Source: Desulfobacterales bacterium
Lineage (GTDB): Bacteria; Desulfobacterota; Desulfobacteria; Desulfobacterales; UBA5852
Assembly: GCA_963674755.2 (NCBI GenBank)
Contig: CAXXVS010000003.1
Span: 2,240,001 to 2,304,000, forward strand
DNA length: 64,000 bases
Direction of reading: 5' to 3'
Below, piece after piece: positions 20,123-30,217 of the stretch; positions within the stretch are counted from its first letter, which is position 1; the number at the start of each line of letters is the position of its first letter. A model generated the notes under the pieces. It searched no databases. It was not told where the DNA came from and worked only from the letters and a program-made list of their open reading frames with translations. Made by a program: the position numbers and the translations under genes.

Positions 20123-20445
20123 TTATTTTTCAGCAAAATCAGAATGCTTTCTCTATGCCTTTGGGGATCTGATACTTCAGACATGAACCTACAGCCGCAT
20201 ACCCCTAAATTACTTCATTCTATCTGAAATATCGACTGAATGCGGATATCTGCTATGTAACACACCTTCATAGAATGCCTGCCACAGAATATGGTGATCG
20301 GCCTTTACCCGCGAAAAGCGTCGGTTGGGCAGTGCCTGCGATAGCCTGAACCGCCGACCTCCCATTTATTTCATCTCAATGTGATAGGTGTTACGGCCTA
20401 ATTAGCAATCGAAGTCGATGGCTGTTCCTAAAAAAAAGACAGCGA

Positions 20446-20991
20446 TCACTTTTTTGGAAAGGCGACCGTATGGGAACGATTATGGAGGTTCCGGAATGCC
20501 GCTAACTCCCGTACGATTTTGCGTAGCGAGTAGCCTACCATGATAGCTCCGGAAACGGGCATGCAGGCATACAGGAATCGCCTTGATACGTTGAAAACCG
20601 GCGTCCAGTCACGGGCTTGCAGCGTCAGCTGCAGGGATTGGTAGAAAAAGATGGCAATAAAGATAAGGGATATGACTTCGATCGTTGCAGCTACCAAATG
20701 ACCGCTGGGCGTTCCCTTGAGTTTTTCATTGATCCACTCCAGGCGGAAATGGTCGTCCCGGGCCCAGAGGGCCGCCGCACCGAAGAAGACCATCCAGGCA
20801 AACATGCACTCCACCACCTCGTCGAACCAGTAAAAAGCGGCCACCGGGAAGATGCGGACGAACACATTGCCGGCCAGCAGCAGGAGCAGAATCGTAAAGC
20901 AGCACACGCAAATCAGGCGCAGCGTGAAGACAAGTCCGCGGTCCAGAGCGGCCCCTATGTGTGCGGGTGTTGTAGGGTGGTTCATATCCAC
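20446..20991 (-). CDS. dctQ: TRAP transporter small permease
   Basis: NVFVR..WFDEV..WMVFFGA..HFR motifs, 4 TM. Start GTG 20991 (AGGAGG RBS) or ATG 20985. Confidence 0.85.
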   Translation of the reverse strand: MDMNHPTTPAHIGAALDRGLVFTLRLICVCCFTILLLLLAGNVFVRIFPVAAFYWFDEVVECMFAWMVFFGAAALWARDDHFRLEWINEKLKGTPSGHLVAATIEVISLIFIAIFFYQSLQLTLQARDWTPVFNVSRRFLYACMPVSGAIMVGYSLRKIVRELAAFRNLHNRSHTVAFPKK

Positions 20992-21004
20992 AAGGGGGGA
21001 CCTC

Positions 21005-22291
21005 CTATTTCCCCATGACCAGGTTCGGCAGCCAGAGGGATACCGCGGGAACAAAGGCCACCACCAGCAGCACCAGGAAAATGCCGAGCAGGTAAGGCCA
21101 CATTTCCTTTGATAATTCCACGATGGAAAGCTTGGTGATGCTGGATACGGCATACAGACACATGCCCACCGGCGGTGTCAGCAGTCCGATCATGGAGGCC
21201 AGGGTCATTACCACCCCGAACTGCACCGGGTCGATGGCGAAGTGCACGATGATTTTCTGGAAGATCGGGATGGTAATGAGCAGGACGGCAATTCCTTCCA
21301 AAAAGCAGCCGAAGATCAACAGGACAAAGATGATGATCAGCATCACCAAGGCGGCGTTGGTGCTCAGGGTGGTGAGACCGGTGATCACCTGCACCGGGAT
21401 GCGGTGCAGGATCAGCAGCCAGCCGAAAAAACCGGCCGTGGCAATGATGAACATGATGCGCACCGTATGGGTGAGGGTGTTCCAGAAGATTTCGGGAAGA
21501 TCACGGATGCGGATGCTGCGGTAGATGACCAGACCGAGGAACAGGGCATACAGGCAGGCCACCACCGAGGCTTCGGTGGGAGTGAACTGGCCGCTTAAAA
21601 TTCCTCCGACGATGATGGCCGGCGTCAGCAGCGGCAGGGTGGCGGCCTTGCCGCTGTTGATAATTTCTTTGAAGGAAGCACGCTGGTCCCGGGGGTAGCG
21701 GCGATGACGGGAAACGAAGTAGACGGCCACCATGAGGGCGAGCCCCATCAACACCCCTGGTAAGACGCCCGCCAGGAAAAGCCGGCCCACGGATACTTCG
21801 GTGAGATAGCCGTAGATCACCAGCGGGATACTGGGGGGGATGACCGGCCCGATGGTGGAGGAGGCCGCCGTGATGGCGGCCGAAAAGCGCCAGTCATAGC
21901 CGTTGTCTTTCATGGCCTTCATTTCGATCATGCCCAGACCGGCCGCATCGGCCACGGCGGCCCCCGACATGCCCGAAAAGATCATGCTGGCAATGACATT
22001 GACCTGCCCCAGGCCGCCCCAGATATGCCCGACCAGGGCCCGGGCAAAGCGGAAAATGCGCTCGGTAATCCCGCCGGTGTTCATCAGATTACCGGCCAGG
22101 ATAAAGAAAGGAATGGCCAGCAGGGTGAAGGACGTGGTGGAGGCGTACATCCGCTGGGCCACCATGGTGAGGATATCGGCCTGGCCCATGACCAGAAAGG
22201 TCGCCACGGCCGTAAGCCCCATGCTCACGGCAACGGGAACTCCCAGCAGAATCAGCCCGATCAGGGCGGCAAAAATCAGCAGTGTCGTCAT
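21005..22291 (-). CDS. dctM: TRAP transporter large permease
   Basis: AIPFFILAG, SGAAVADA, GPVIPPSIP, TPTEA, GLLTPPVG. Confidence 0.93.
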   Translation of the reverse strand: MTTLLIFAALIGLILLGVPVAVSMGLTAVATFLVMGQADILTMVAQRMYASTTSFTLLAIPFFILAGNLMNTGGITERIFRFARALVGHIWGGLGQVNVIASMIFSGMSGAAVADAAGLGMIEMKAMKDNGYDWRFSAAITAASSTIGPVIPPSIPLVIYGYLTEVSVGRLFLAGVLPGVLMGLALMVAVYFVSRHRRYPRDQRASFKEIINSGKAATLPLLTPAIIVGGILSGQFTPTEASVVACLYALFLGLVIYRSIRIRDLPEIFWNTLTHTVRIMFIIATAGFFGWLLILHRIPVQVITGLTTLSTNAALVMLIIIFVLLIFGCFLEGIAVLLITIPIFQKIIVHFAIDPVQFGVVMTLASMIGLLTPPVGMCLYAVSSITKLSIVELSKEMWPYLLGIFLVLLVVAFVPAVSLWLPNLVMGK

Positions 22292-22487
22292 CGCTCATCC
22301 ACTCTGGGGCATGCAGGGCAGGTAGCCGCCGGGCACCGTCCATCTGAATTGGGCGAAGAAGAGATCGATGCCGGCGGCGGATTGTCTCACGTTGCTATCA
22401 GCGTCTGTCCAGAGGTGGTCGATTTTGGTTGCGGCCAAAGTGCGATAACGTCGGCCGGGGACGAAAGTTGCCATTTATGGACGAACA

Positions 22488-23471
22488 CTATTTGGCTTCC
22501 TCCACAATCTTCAGAAAATATTCCACATTCTCCGGGCCGACGGAGGCCTTCATGCGTTTGTAGGCCGGCCCCATTTTGGCTTTGAACAGGGCCACGTCCG
22601 GGTAAGTGACTTCCATGCCCAGCTCCTGCAGCTTGGTGAGCTGATCGGCCTCGGCATCCCGCAGGGTTTGTCGCATGAAGTCGCCGGCCTTCTTGCTTTC
22701 CTCCCGTACGATTTGCTGCTGTTCCGGGGTCAGCTTGTCCCAGGTCTTTTTGCTCATCACGTGGACCATGGAATTGTAGGTGTGCCCGGTCATGGCCAGG
22801 TACTTCTGGGTTTCGTAGATTTTGAAGGCGTAGATGACGCTGACCGGGTTCTCCTGGCCGTCCACGACACCTTGCTTCAGCGCCATGGGGAGTTCGGAGA
22901 ACTGGATGGTCTGTACGGTGGCGCCCAGGGCTTCCATGGCGGACTGATTGGAGAGCTCGGGCGGGGTGCGGATCTTCAATCCCTTGACGTCATCGGGCGT
23001 GTTGATGGGGTGCACGCTGTTGGTCAGGTTGCGGAAGCCCCATTCCCAGTTGGACAGGAAAACCAGCCCCGCGGCTTCCAGATCCGGCTGCGCCCATTCG
23101 ATGAAGGGGCCGTCCAGGACCTTGTAGGCCTGGTCATAGCCGTCGAAGGCAAACGGCAGCATCACGCAACCGAATTTCTTGGAATACTTGGCCAGCTGCC
23201 CCTGGGTGGGCAGACTCATGTCGATGACGCCCAGCACGTTTTGTTCGAGCACTTCCGGCGGGTTGCCCAGCTCGTTGTTGGGATAGATCTCCACCGTGAT
23301 CTCTCCATTCGTGCGTTGGGCCACGCCTTCGGCAAACATCTGGGCGGCCTTGTTGCCGGCGTGTTCGGCGTTGGCATAGTGACCGAGTTTCAGAACCGTT
23401 TTGGCTTCCGAAACGGCGCCTATACTCATGACGGCAACGATCAGCAATGCGACGAAAAGCACCTTTTTCAT
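22488..23471 (-). CDS. dctP: TRAP transporter substrate-binding protein
   Basis: Signal peptide; GFRNLTN, KGLKIR, GVVDGQENP. Confidence 0.93.
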   Translation of the reverse strand: MKKVLFVALLIVAVMSIGAVSEAKTVLKLGHYANAEHAGNKAAQMFAEGVAQRTNGEITVEIYPNNELGNPPEVLEQNVLGVIDMSLPTQGQLAKYSKKFGCVMLPFAFDGYDQAYKVLDGPFIEWAQPDLEAAGLVFLSNWEWGFRNLTNSVHPINTPDDVKGLKIRTPPELSNQSAMEALGATVQTIQFSELPMALKQGVVDGQENPVSVIYAFKIYETQKYLAMTGHTYNSMVHVMSKKTWDKLTPEQQQIVREESKKAGDFMRQTLRDAEADQLTKLQELGMEVTYPDVALFKAKMGPAYKRMKASVGPENVEYFLKIVEEAK

Positions 23472-23606
23472 GATAACTCTCCCCCTAGCGTAAATGGTTG
23501 GCAGGGGCCCTACCCCTATACGCGACCCCTACAGGATGGGTGCGGCCGATGCCGCATACAACGACGCCAACTTCTCCGGTCAACCGTACGGCGGGCGGTG
23601 ATGCTT

Positions 23607-24362
23607 CTATTGCCCGCCCAATGATTGCGAGATGATCCCCGCATATTTTTTAAGCGCGGCGATTTCCGGTGCGATGCCGCGGTCGTTGTTGATGTAAGAG
23701 GGAAAAGTGACACTCACGGCGCCGACCAGACCCTCGCCGAAACCGAACACCGGTGCCGCCAGGCACAAGATCCCGCGGGTGATTTCTTCATCGTCCAGCG
23801 CGTAGCCCTGCTTGCGGATCATAGCCAATTCCTGCGCCAGCTTGCCAGGGTCGGTAATGGTCTTTTCCGTGAGTGCTTCCAGAGGCGTTTGGATCAGCGC
23901 CTGCAGCGTGTCTTTGGGTGCAAACGCCAGCAGCACTTTCCCCAGGCCGGTACAGTGCAGGGGAAAGGGTTTACCGATTTCGGAGAACAGTTTGATGCCG
24001 AAATCCCTGGATTCGATCTTGTCCACGAAAACGCCCCGTGTGCCGTCCAGGACGCCCAGATTGGTGGTGTGGTCGGTTTCCCGGTGCAGGGCCAGCAGGT
24101 GGGGTCGCACATGATCGCGCAACTGGAACTGGGACATGACCTCCGCCCCTAGGGAGGCCAGACGCAGGCTGCCGAAGTAGCGCTTGGTTTCCGGGTTGAA
24201 GGTGAGATAGCCCAGTTCAGTAAGTTCTTTGAGAATGCGGTGCACGGAGGACTTGGGCAGATCGAGCGCCGCCAGGATTTCCGAATAGGTCAGGCCTTTG
24301 TCCTGTCGGGCGACTACCGTTTCGATGACGGTGAAGACTTTGTGCAATGGGTTCATCGGCAT
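23607..24362 (-). CDS. IclR family transcriptional regulator
   Basis: LPKSSVHRIL HTH; PLHCTGLGK, GYALDDEE, CLAAPV. Start 24362 or 24356. Confidence 0.92.
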   Translation of the reverse strand: MPMNPLHKVFTVIETVVARQDKGLTYSEILAALDLPKSSVHRILKELTELGYLTFNPETKRYFGSLRLASLGAEVMSQFQLRDHVRPHLLALHRETDHTTNLGVLDGTRGVFVDKIESRDFGIKLFSEIGKPFPLHCTGLGKVLLAFAPKDTLQALIQTPLEALTEKTITDPGKLAQELAMIRKQGYALDDEEITRGILCLAAPVFGFGEGLVGAVSVTFPSYINNDRGIAPEIAALKKYAGIISQSLGGQ

Positions 24363-24430
24363 CCGGTTTCGGTTCAAGGTCGGTCGACGGGGATATCGCC
24401 GGCCATAAAGGTGGAGGAGAGCGCCAAAAT

Positions 24431-24490
24431 ATCCATATGTGGAGAAATTATCTAAATGTGGAGAATATGAGGGCCGCATGCGATTGTCAA
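24431..24490 (-). promoter_or_regulatory. iclR-TRAP promoter with tandem putative operators
   Basis: Minus-strand TTGACA(24490..24485)-N17-TATTCT; direct repeats ATCCATATGTGGAGAA (24431) and ATCTAAATGTGGAGAA (24450). Confidence 0.55.
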
Positions 24491-24529
24491 GCAAAATCAT
24501 GTGGACACGAATTACGGCCTGGACCCTAC

Positions 24530-24558
24530 TTGACAAAGGGACGCGCCTTTTCTAGCTT
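24530..24558 (+). promoter_or_regulatory. Putative sigma70 promoter of the ABC transporter gene
   Basis: TTGACA-N17-TAGCTT, divergent from the iclR promoter. Confidence 0.45.
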
Positions 24559-24818
24559 TTTTGATTGCTCCTATCCATTCACCTCTTATTAATGCCACGC
24601 AACCGGTCGTCTCACACCGGTTGCCGAAAACATAAAGGGATCGCCAGGGAACGTGACAGGAAAACCATCTGACGCTGAATCGCAGCGTGCGGAGGTCGCT
24701 TCTTCGCGCACTATCGATTTTTTCATTGGTGAGGTGGCGCACAGCATCTCCATACATTCTGCAGGACCTCTCATGCCGATGACCGGCCTACGAACCCTAT
24801 TCCAAGGAGTCGATTGAT

Positions 24819-26795
24819 ATGGCAACATCGATCGCCGACAGCGGTTTGCCATCGCCTCGCATATCGCTCTGGCGGCGTTTCACCGCCATCGCCCAGCCGT
24901 ATTTTTTTCCCCGCATTCCCGGCGGGGGCAAGATAACCCTCCTTTTGCTGATCATGCTGCTGGTCTTCCTGTTCGGCCTGCTGGTGGTGCTCGTTTCCGG
25001 AATGGTGCTGACCGGCGCGCATTTCGCCCCGCAACTCACCGCTAAAATCGCCGGTGGTCTGTCCGAGGTGGTGCACCATATTTTCCACTCCGACGCTGTC
25101 CTGGTGGTGCTCGCGATCCTGGGCATTCCCGTGCTGGTCTTCGCCGGCTTCCGGCGGCATATCCAGGCCCGACGCCAGGCTTGGCTGCTCTTGGCGGCGG
25201 TTTTGCTGCTGTCCCTGTCCGTGACCGGCATCAATGTGGCCTTCAGCTACATCGGCAATTATTTCACCAATGCCCTGGTGAAAAAAAACGAGAGCATGTC
25301 CTATCTGTATGTGGCGGTCTATTTCAGCGGTTTTCTGGTGGGCATTCCCGTCATGGCCTTCTACAGCTATGTCCGAAGCTATATGGGCATGCACTGGCGG
25401 GAGTGGATGACGGGGGAATTTCTAGGAAATTACTTCAGCAATCGCAACTACTACGAGGTCGAGGCCAGCGGGCTGATCGACAACCCGGATCAGCGCATCA
25501 TGGAGGATATCCGCTCATTTACCCGGACGTCGCTGGCCTTTTTGCTGATCGTTCTGGGTTCCCTGATGGATCTGATTTCCTTTACCGGTATTCTATGGTC
25601 CAAGTCCCATCTGCTGGTGGTGGTCGTTCTGATCTACTCCGTGGCCGGCACCCTGCTGACAGCCCTGATCGGGCGGCGTCTGGTGCGCCTCAACTTCAAT
25701 CAGCTGCGTTATGAAGCGGACTTCCGCTACTCCCTCGTGCATGTCCGCGACAATACCGAATCCATCGCCTTTTATCAGGGCGAAGGCCCTGAGAAGGCCT
25801 ATGTCGGTGAGCGCTTTCGTATGGTGCTGAAGAATTTCAGTTTGCTGATCGGTTGGCAGCGGAACTTGTCCTTTTTTACCACGGCCTACAGCTATCTGCC
25901 GGTGGTGCTGCCCTATCTGGTGCTATTCGGCCCCTATTTCAGCGGCAAGATCGAATACGGCGATATGGTGCAGGCCAATTTCGCCTTTATGCAGGTCTAT
26001 GGGGCGCTGTCCCTGATCGTCTCCCAGATCGACGACATCACCAATTTTGCCGCCGGCGTTCAGCGACTGGACACCTTCGCGGAAACCATCGCACCGGATA
26101 GACCTGTCCTGCCCGAGATTTCCTCGGAGCCGGCCGACCGCTTTTTCCTAGACCGGATGACGCTCAAGACGCCGGACAGCACTCGCACCCTGATCAAGGA
26201 GTTGGACTTCACCCTGGATCCCGCCGACGACCTGATCGTGGTCGGCCGCAGCGGCGTGGGCAAAAGCTCGCTGCTCAGGGCCATTGCCGGTCTGTGGACC
26301 CGCGGCAGCGGGCGTGTCGGACGGCCGCCCCTGGAGGAGATTTTTTTCCTGCCCCAGAAACCCTACATGCTCCTGGGCAACCTGCGGGACCAACTGCGCT
26401 ATCCCAAGCTCGACATGACGATTTCGGACGCGGCCCTGCAGCAAATGCTCGAAACGGCGCGGCTGGCCGGTCTGGCCGAGCGCATGGGGGGCTTCGATGT
26501 GGTGCTGGACTGGGCCGATGTCCTCTCCCTGGGGGAGCAGCAGCGCCTGGCCTTCGCCCGCCTGCTGATCCACCGGCCCGGTTTCGCCGTCCTGGACGAA
26601 GCCACGAGTGCCCTGGATCCGGAAAACGAAGCCCATCTCTACGGCACATTAAAGGCCATGGGGATTCACTACATCAGCGTGGGGCATCGCCCCTCCCTGC
26701 TGGACTACCATACCCGGGTGCTTGAACTGGCCGACGAGGCCCACTGGCGGATTTTGCCGGTAGAGGACTATCGCAACCGGGAGGCCCTGCCCTGA
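24819..26795 (+). CDS. ABCD/YddA-like fused ABC permease-ATPase
   Basis: DNPDQRI, EADFRYSL, ESIAFY; GRSGVGKS, LSLGEQQR, LDEATSALD. Confidence 0.9.
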   Translation: MATSIADSGLPSPRISLWRRFTAIAQPYFFPRIPGGGKITLLLLIMLLVFLFGLLVVLVSGMVLTGAHFAPQLTAKIAGGLSEVVHHIFHSDAVLVVLAILGIPVLVFAGFRRHIQARRQAWLLLAAVLLLSLSVTGINVAFSYIGNYFTNALVKKNESMSYLYVAVYFSGFLVGIPVMAFYSYVRSYMGMHWREWMTGEFLGNYFSNRNYYEVEASGLIDNPDQRIMEDIRSFTRTSLAFLLIVLGSLMDLISFTGILWSKSHLLVVVVLIYSVAGTLLTALIGRRLVRLNFNQLRYEADFRYSLVHVRDNTESIAFYQGEGPEKAYVGERFRMVLKNFSLLIGWQRNLSFFTTAYSYLPVVLPYLVLFGPYFSGKIEYGDMVQANFAFMQVYGALSLIVSQIDDITNFAAGVQRLDTFAETIAPDRPVLPEISSEPADRFFLDRMTLKTPDSTRTLIKELDFTLDPADDLIVVGRSGVGKSSLLRAIAGLWTRGSGRVGRPPLEEIFFLPQKPYMLLGNLRDQLRYPKLDMTISDAALQQMLETARLAGLAERMGGFDVVLDWADVLSLGEQQRLAFARLLIHRPGFAVLDEATSALDPENEAHLYGTLKAMGIHYISVGHRPSLLDYHTRVLELADEAHWRILPVEDYRNREALP

Positions 26796-27147
26796 GTTTC
26801 AATTTATAATTTCAACCTCGGGTGGAGGGCCTGGAGGGGAGCCACCGATCTGGTTTTATTGGGGGGGTGTTGTTACTTTTCTTCCGCGTGGCAGAAAAGT
26901 AACCAAAAGAAGACGCCCGTGTCCCGCGTACCCTGCGCGTCGTCCAACCGGCCGGAGCGCGCGGAAACTCGCCCCGCCTTCGCCAAGGCTGCGGCGGGGC
27001 TCGGACAGTCCGCGCCCTTTTATCCGGCCGCCTTGCCGATGCTCGGCGCGGGACAAAGGGAAATGCGAAGATCAAAGACTAAGAAACCGTTTCAGGTCCC
27101 CTTCGAGGGGGGGGCTACCTGAAGCCTCCCGCTCTGCGGGAAGGGCC
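26795..27147. repeat. Structured ~340-bp dispersed repeat, copy 1 (divergent)
   Basis: Shares GCCCGTGTCCCGC, GGCCGGAGCGCGCGGAAACTCG, CCGATGCTCGGCGCGGGACAAAGGGAAAT and CCCTTCGAGGGG blocks with copies at 31755 and 37430. Confidence 0.85.
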
Positions 27148-27165
27148 TTTCTTCCGGACGGTACA

Positions 27166-28452
27166 TCAAGCACCTTGTAGATATTTGGCCAGACGCTTGC
27201 CCAGCGCGATTAACGTGAAGCTCGGCGGCAGACCCCAGGCGGCGGGCACGACCGAACAGTCACAGACGTAAAGGTTCTCGATGGTCGTTTGAAGATCGCT
27301 ATCCACCAGATCGTTGATTTTGACCGTGCCTCCCGGATGAGCCGCCAGGTACCAGCTGCGATGGATATTGCGGGCGCCGGCATGGGCCAGGATTTCCCGG
27401 GCCCGGGCATATCCTTTGAACAGCTTGACCTTGTCGATCTCGCTCAATCGCTTGCGAATCCCGCCCCGATCGGTCAGGCAGCCGCCCAGTTCATCTCTGA
27501 TCTTGACCATGATGGTCAGGGTCTGATGGTGCCGGTAAAGCTGGCCCAAACGGCCCACCTCGGCATTGAAGACGGCGTGCAGGGTCCAGGGGACGGTCAT
27601 GTCGGTGATGACATAGCCGTCTTCTTCGCAATGCATGCCGGCGGTCATGGGGATTTCCCGGCCGCCCCGCAGGCCTTCGACAGTTCCCATGACGACGATC
27701 AGGGGATCGAAGAAGAAGTCCATTCCGGCGTCATGGATCCCGGTCTTACGCAGGATCAAGGGGGAACCGATGCCGCCGGCGGCGATCACCACCACAGCGG
27801 CCCGCACTTGGTGGGTTTGCCTCTTCTTGCGGTAGACAACGCCGACCGCCCGGCCTTTTTCCACCAGGACGCGTTCGACACGGGCGCCGTTGATCAGGCG
27901 GGCGCCATTCTGCCGGGCCTCGTCCACAAATAGGCGCCCGCTCCACTTGGCCCCCTCGGGGCAGCCATAGTTGCAGCGGAAGCAATTCGGCTTGCATTTT
28001 TCCTGATCGATGAATTTGGGCAGCTTACGCCAGTCATAGCCAAGCTGTCGGGCACTTTCCATAATGCACCGGGCCATGGGGCCCACGAGTTCATCCGCCA
28101 GGGGGCCGATGGGCAGTTCGCCGCGAATTTCCGCGATGGCCTCTCGCAAATCAATGCCGCAGGCATCGAACATGGCAAGCGGGGGTTCAAAGGCGCTGGC
28201 GTAATAGAACATCGAGCTGCCACCGGTGGTAATGCCGCGCATCATGGCGCACAGGTCGCCGGTGATCAGCAGGCTTTTACCCGGGATGGCCGCAGCCGCC
28301 GCAAATTGTGGCATCGTCCCTTTGATGGGTTTGGCGGCGCCCCATTCCAGCATGAGGACGCGATTTCCACGACGGGCTAATTCCCGGCCCACCGTCGCAC
28401 CGCCGGGACCGGTACCCACGACGAGGACATCTGTTTCTTGGGTTGATGACAT
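27166..28452 (-). CDS. GMC-family FAD oxidoreductase
   Basis: VGTGPGG dinucleotide fold, CFRCNYGC, HPGGT, LYVCDCSV..PP. Confidence 0.85.
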   Translation of the reverse strand: MSSTQETDVLVVGTGPGGATVGRELARRGNRVLMLEWGAAKPIKGTMPQFAAAAAIPGKSLLITGDLCAMMRGITTGGSSMFYYASAFEPPLAMFDACGIDLREAIAEIRGELPIGPLADELVGPMARCIMESARQLGYDWRKLPKFIDQEKCKPNCFRCNYGCPEGAKWSGRLFVDEARQNGARLINGARVERVLVEKGRAVGVVYRKKRQTHQVRAAVVVIAAGGIGSPLILRKTGIHDAGMDFFFDPLIVVMGTVEGLRGGREIPMTAGMHCEEDGYVITDMTVPWTLHAVFNAEVGRLGQLYRHHQTLTIMVKIRDELGGCLTDRGGIRKRLSEIDKVKLFKGYARAREILAHAGARNIHRSWYLAAHPGGTVKINDLVDSDLQTTIENLYVCDCSVVPAAWGLPPSFTLIALGKRLAKYLQGA

Positions 28453-28710
28453 GTCCGCTTTCCCTTTCACGTTAGCGGCCGGTTTTATCCATCAGGCGCT
28501 GCCGCGAGGCGACGGTTGCCCGGCAGCAAGGGTTGGCAGCTGATTGGTAAGGGTGATTTTCCAATCCACCTGTTCAGGTAGGAATGTCGAAGCGGTCGAA
28601 TGCGAGGGCGGTTTGCGGTGGATGAGAGCACCGTCGATAGTTGACCATACCGGAAGCCATGTCGTTTGTCATTTCTTTTTCCCAGGGCATCCACCTCAGG
28701 GCCCAGGCGT

Positions 28711-30153
28711 CTAACGAGGTGACGTTTCGCTGGGGAAAATCTTGGCCGGATTGAGGATGTGGTTGGGGTCCAGGGCCTGTTTGATGCGCCGCATGACATC
28801 GATCTGGACCGGATTCATGACCAACTTCATAAAATCCCGGCGTTTGTGCCCGATGCCGTGCTCGCCGCTGATGGTGCCCCCCAGGCGGGCCGTGGCCCGG
28901 TAGATGTCGCTCAGCAGGTCCGGCAGCAGGGTCTCCCAATCCGCGTCGGGCTGGTCGGGGTTCTTCAGGGGGGTGGCGTGGATATTGCCGTCGGCCGCGT
29001 GGCCGTAGACCGGGATGCGCACCCCATAGCGCCGGCCGATAGTTTCCAGTTCCGGCATCAGATCGGTGAGGGCGGCGATGGGCACCACGATGTCTTCCAC
29101 GGACTGGCGGGGCGCATGGCGCTTGAGCACCCAGATGACCCTTTTGCGGATATTCCAGAAGCCCTCGGCCTCAGCCTCGTCGGCCGCCCGGCGGATCGCC
29201 ACGGCCTGCCCGGCGCGGCACAGATCCGCCACGGTGTCGGCCTCCCGGGCCACCGTGTCGGCGAAACGGCCGTCCACCTCGAAGAGCAGCGCGGCCCGGG
29301 TGCGCTCAAAGGGAAAGTCGTATTTCAGGTCCCGGGCCGACAGGGCAAAGGTCTCGCCGTCCATGAATTCTACCGCTGAAGGGATCAGCCCGCCTTCGGC
29401 CATCACCCGGGCCACCAGGGCCACAGCCGTATCCACCCGGTCGAAGAGGGCCAGCAGGGTGACCCGGTGGCTGGGCCGGGGCAGCAGGCGGATGAAAATC
29501 TTGGTGAAGATCCCCAGGGTGCCCTCGGAGCCGATCATGAGCTGCACCAAGTCGTAGCCGGTCACATCCTTGACCCGTTTGCCGCCGGCCTGGAAGACGC
29601 GACCCTCCGGGGTCACCACTTCCAGACCGTGGATATAGCGGCCGGTGACGCCGTATTTGACAGCCCGACCGCCCCCGGCATTCTCGGCCACATTGCCCCC
29701 GATGCAGCAGATTTCCTCGCTCATGGGGTAGCCCGCGAAAAACAGGCCGTGGGGCTTGAGGGCGGCGTCCAGGTGGTTGGTGATGACGCCGGGCTCCACC
29801 ACGGCCATGAGGTTGCGGGTGTCGATCTCCAGGATGCGATTCATGCGTTCCACGGACAGCACGATGCCGCCGCAGGCCGCCACCGCGCCTCCCGAGAGGC
29901 CGCTGCCGCCCGCCCGGGGGGTGACCGGCACCCGGACCTCGTTGGCCAGGCGCATCACGGCCGCCACGGCTTCCGTCGTGGCGGGCATCACCACCACTTC
30001 GGGACGCCGGGCATACTTCTGGTCGGACACAGCATCCCGGGCGAATTTGTCCAGCCGCTTGAGGTCCTCGAACACCACGCCGTCGCGACCGCAGATGGCT
30101 TCCAGGGCAGCGACGATTTCCGGGGTAACAGGGTTGTAGTGGGTATCTGGCAT
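28711..30153 (-). CDS. FAD-linked oxidase (GlcD/D-lactate dehydrogenase-like)
   Basis: RAGGSGLSGG, GSEGTLGI, GHAADGNIH, SGEHGIG, DPNHILNPAK. Confidence 0.9.
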   Translation of the reverse strand: MPDTHYNPVTPEIVAALEAICGRDGVVFEDLKRLDKFARDAVSDQKYARRPEVVVMPATTEAVAAVMRLANEVRVPVTPRAGGSGLSGGAVAACGGIVLSVERMNRILEIDTRNLMAVVEPGVITNHLDAALKPHGLFFAGYPMSEEICCIGGNVAENAGGGRAVKYGVTGRYIHGLEVVTPEGRVFQAGGKRVKDVTGYDLVQLMIGSEGTLGIFTKIFIRLLPRPSHRVTLLALFDRVDTAVALVARVMAEGGLIPSAVEFMDGETFALSARDLKYDFPFERTRAALLFEVDGRFADTVAREADTVADLCRAGQAVAIRRAADEAEAEGFWNIRKRVIWVLKRHAPRQSVEDIVVPIAALTDLMPELETIGRRYGVRIPVYGHAADGNIHATPLKNPDQPDADWETLLPDLLSDIYRATARLGGTISGEHGIGHKRRDFMKLVMNPVQIDVMRRIKQALDPNHILNPAKIFPSETSPR

Positions 30154-30217
30154 TGTGCCCCCTTTCTTCTTGCGCCCATAGATAATCGCGCGGCAAGCCC
30201 CGCCGGTCGTTTGGCGG

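Noticed and set aside
24560..24818. Riboswitch in the ABCD transporter leader
   Set aside because: Only one clear hairpin (GCAACCGGT/ACCGGTTGC); no recognisable aptamer consensus.
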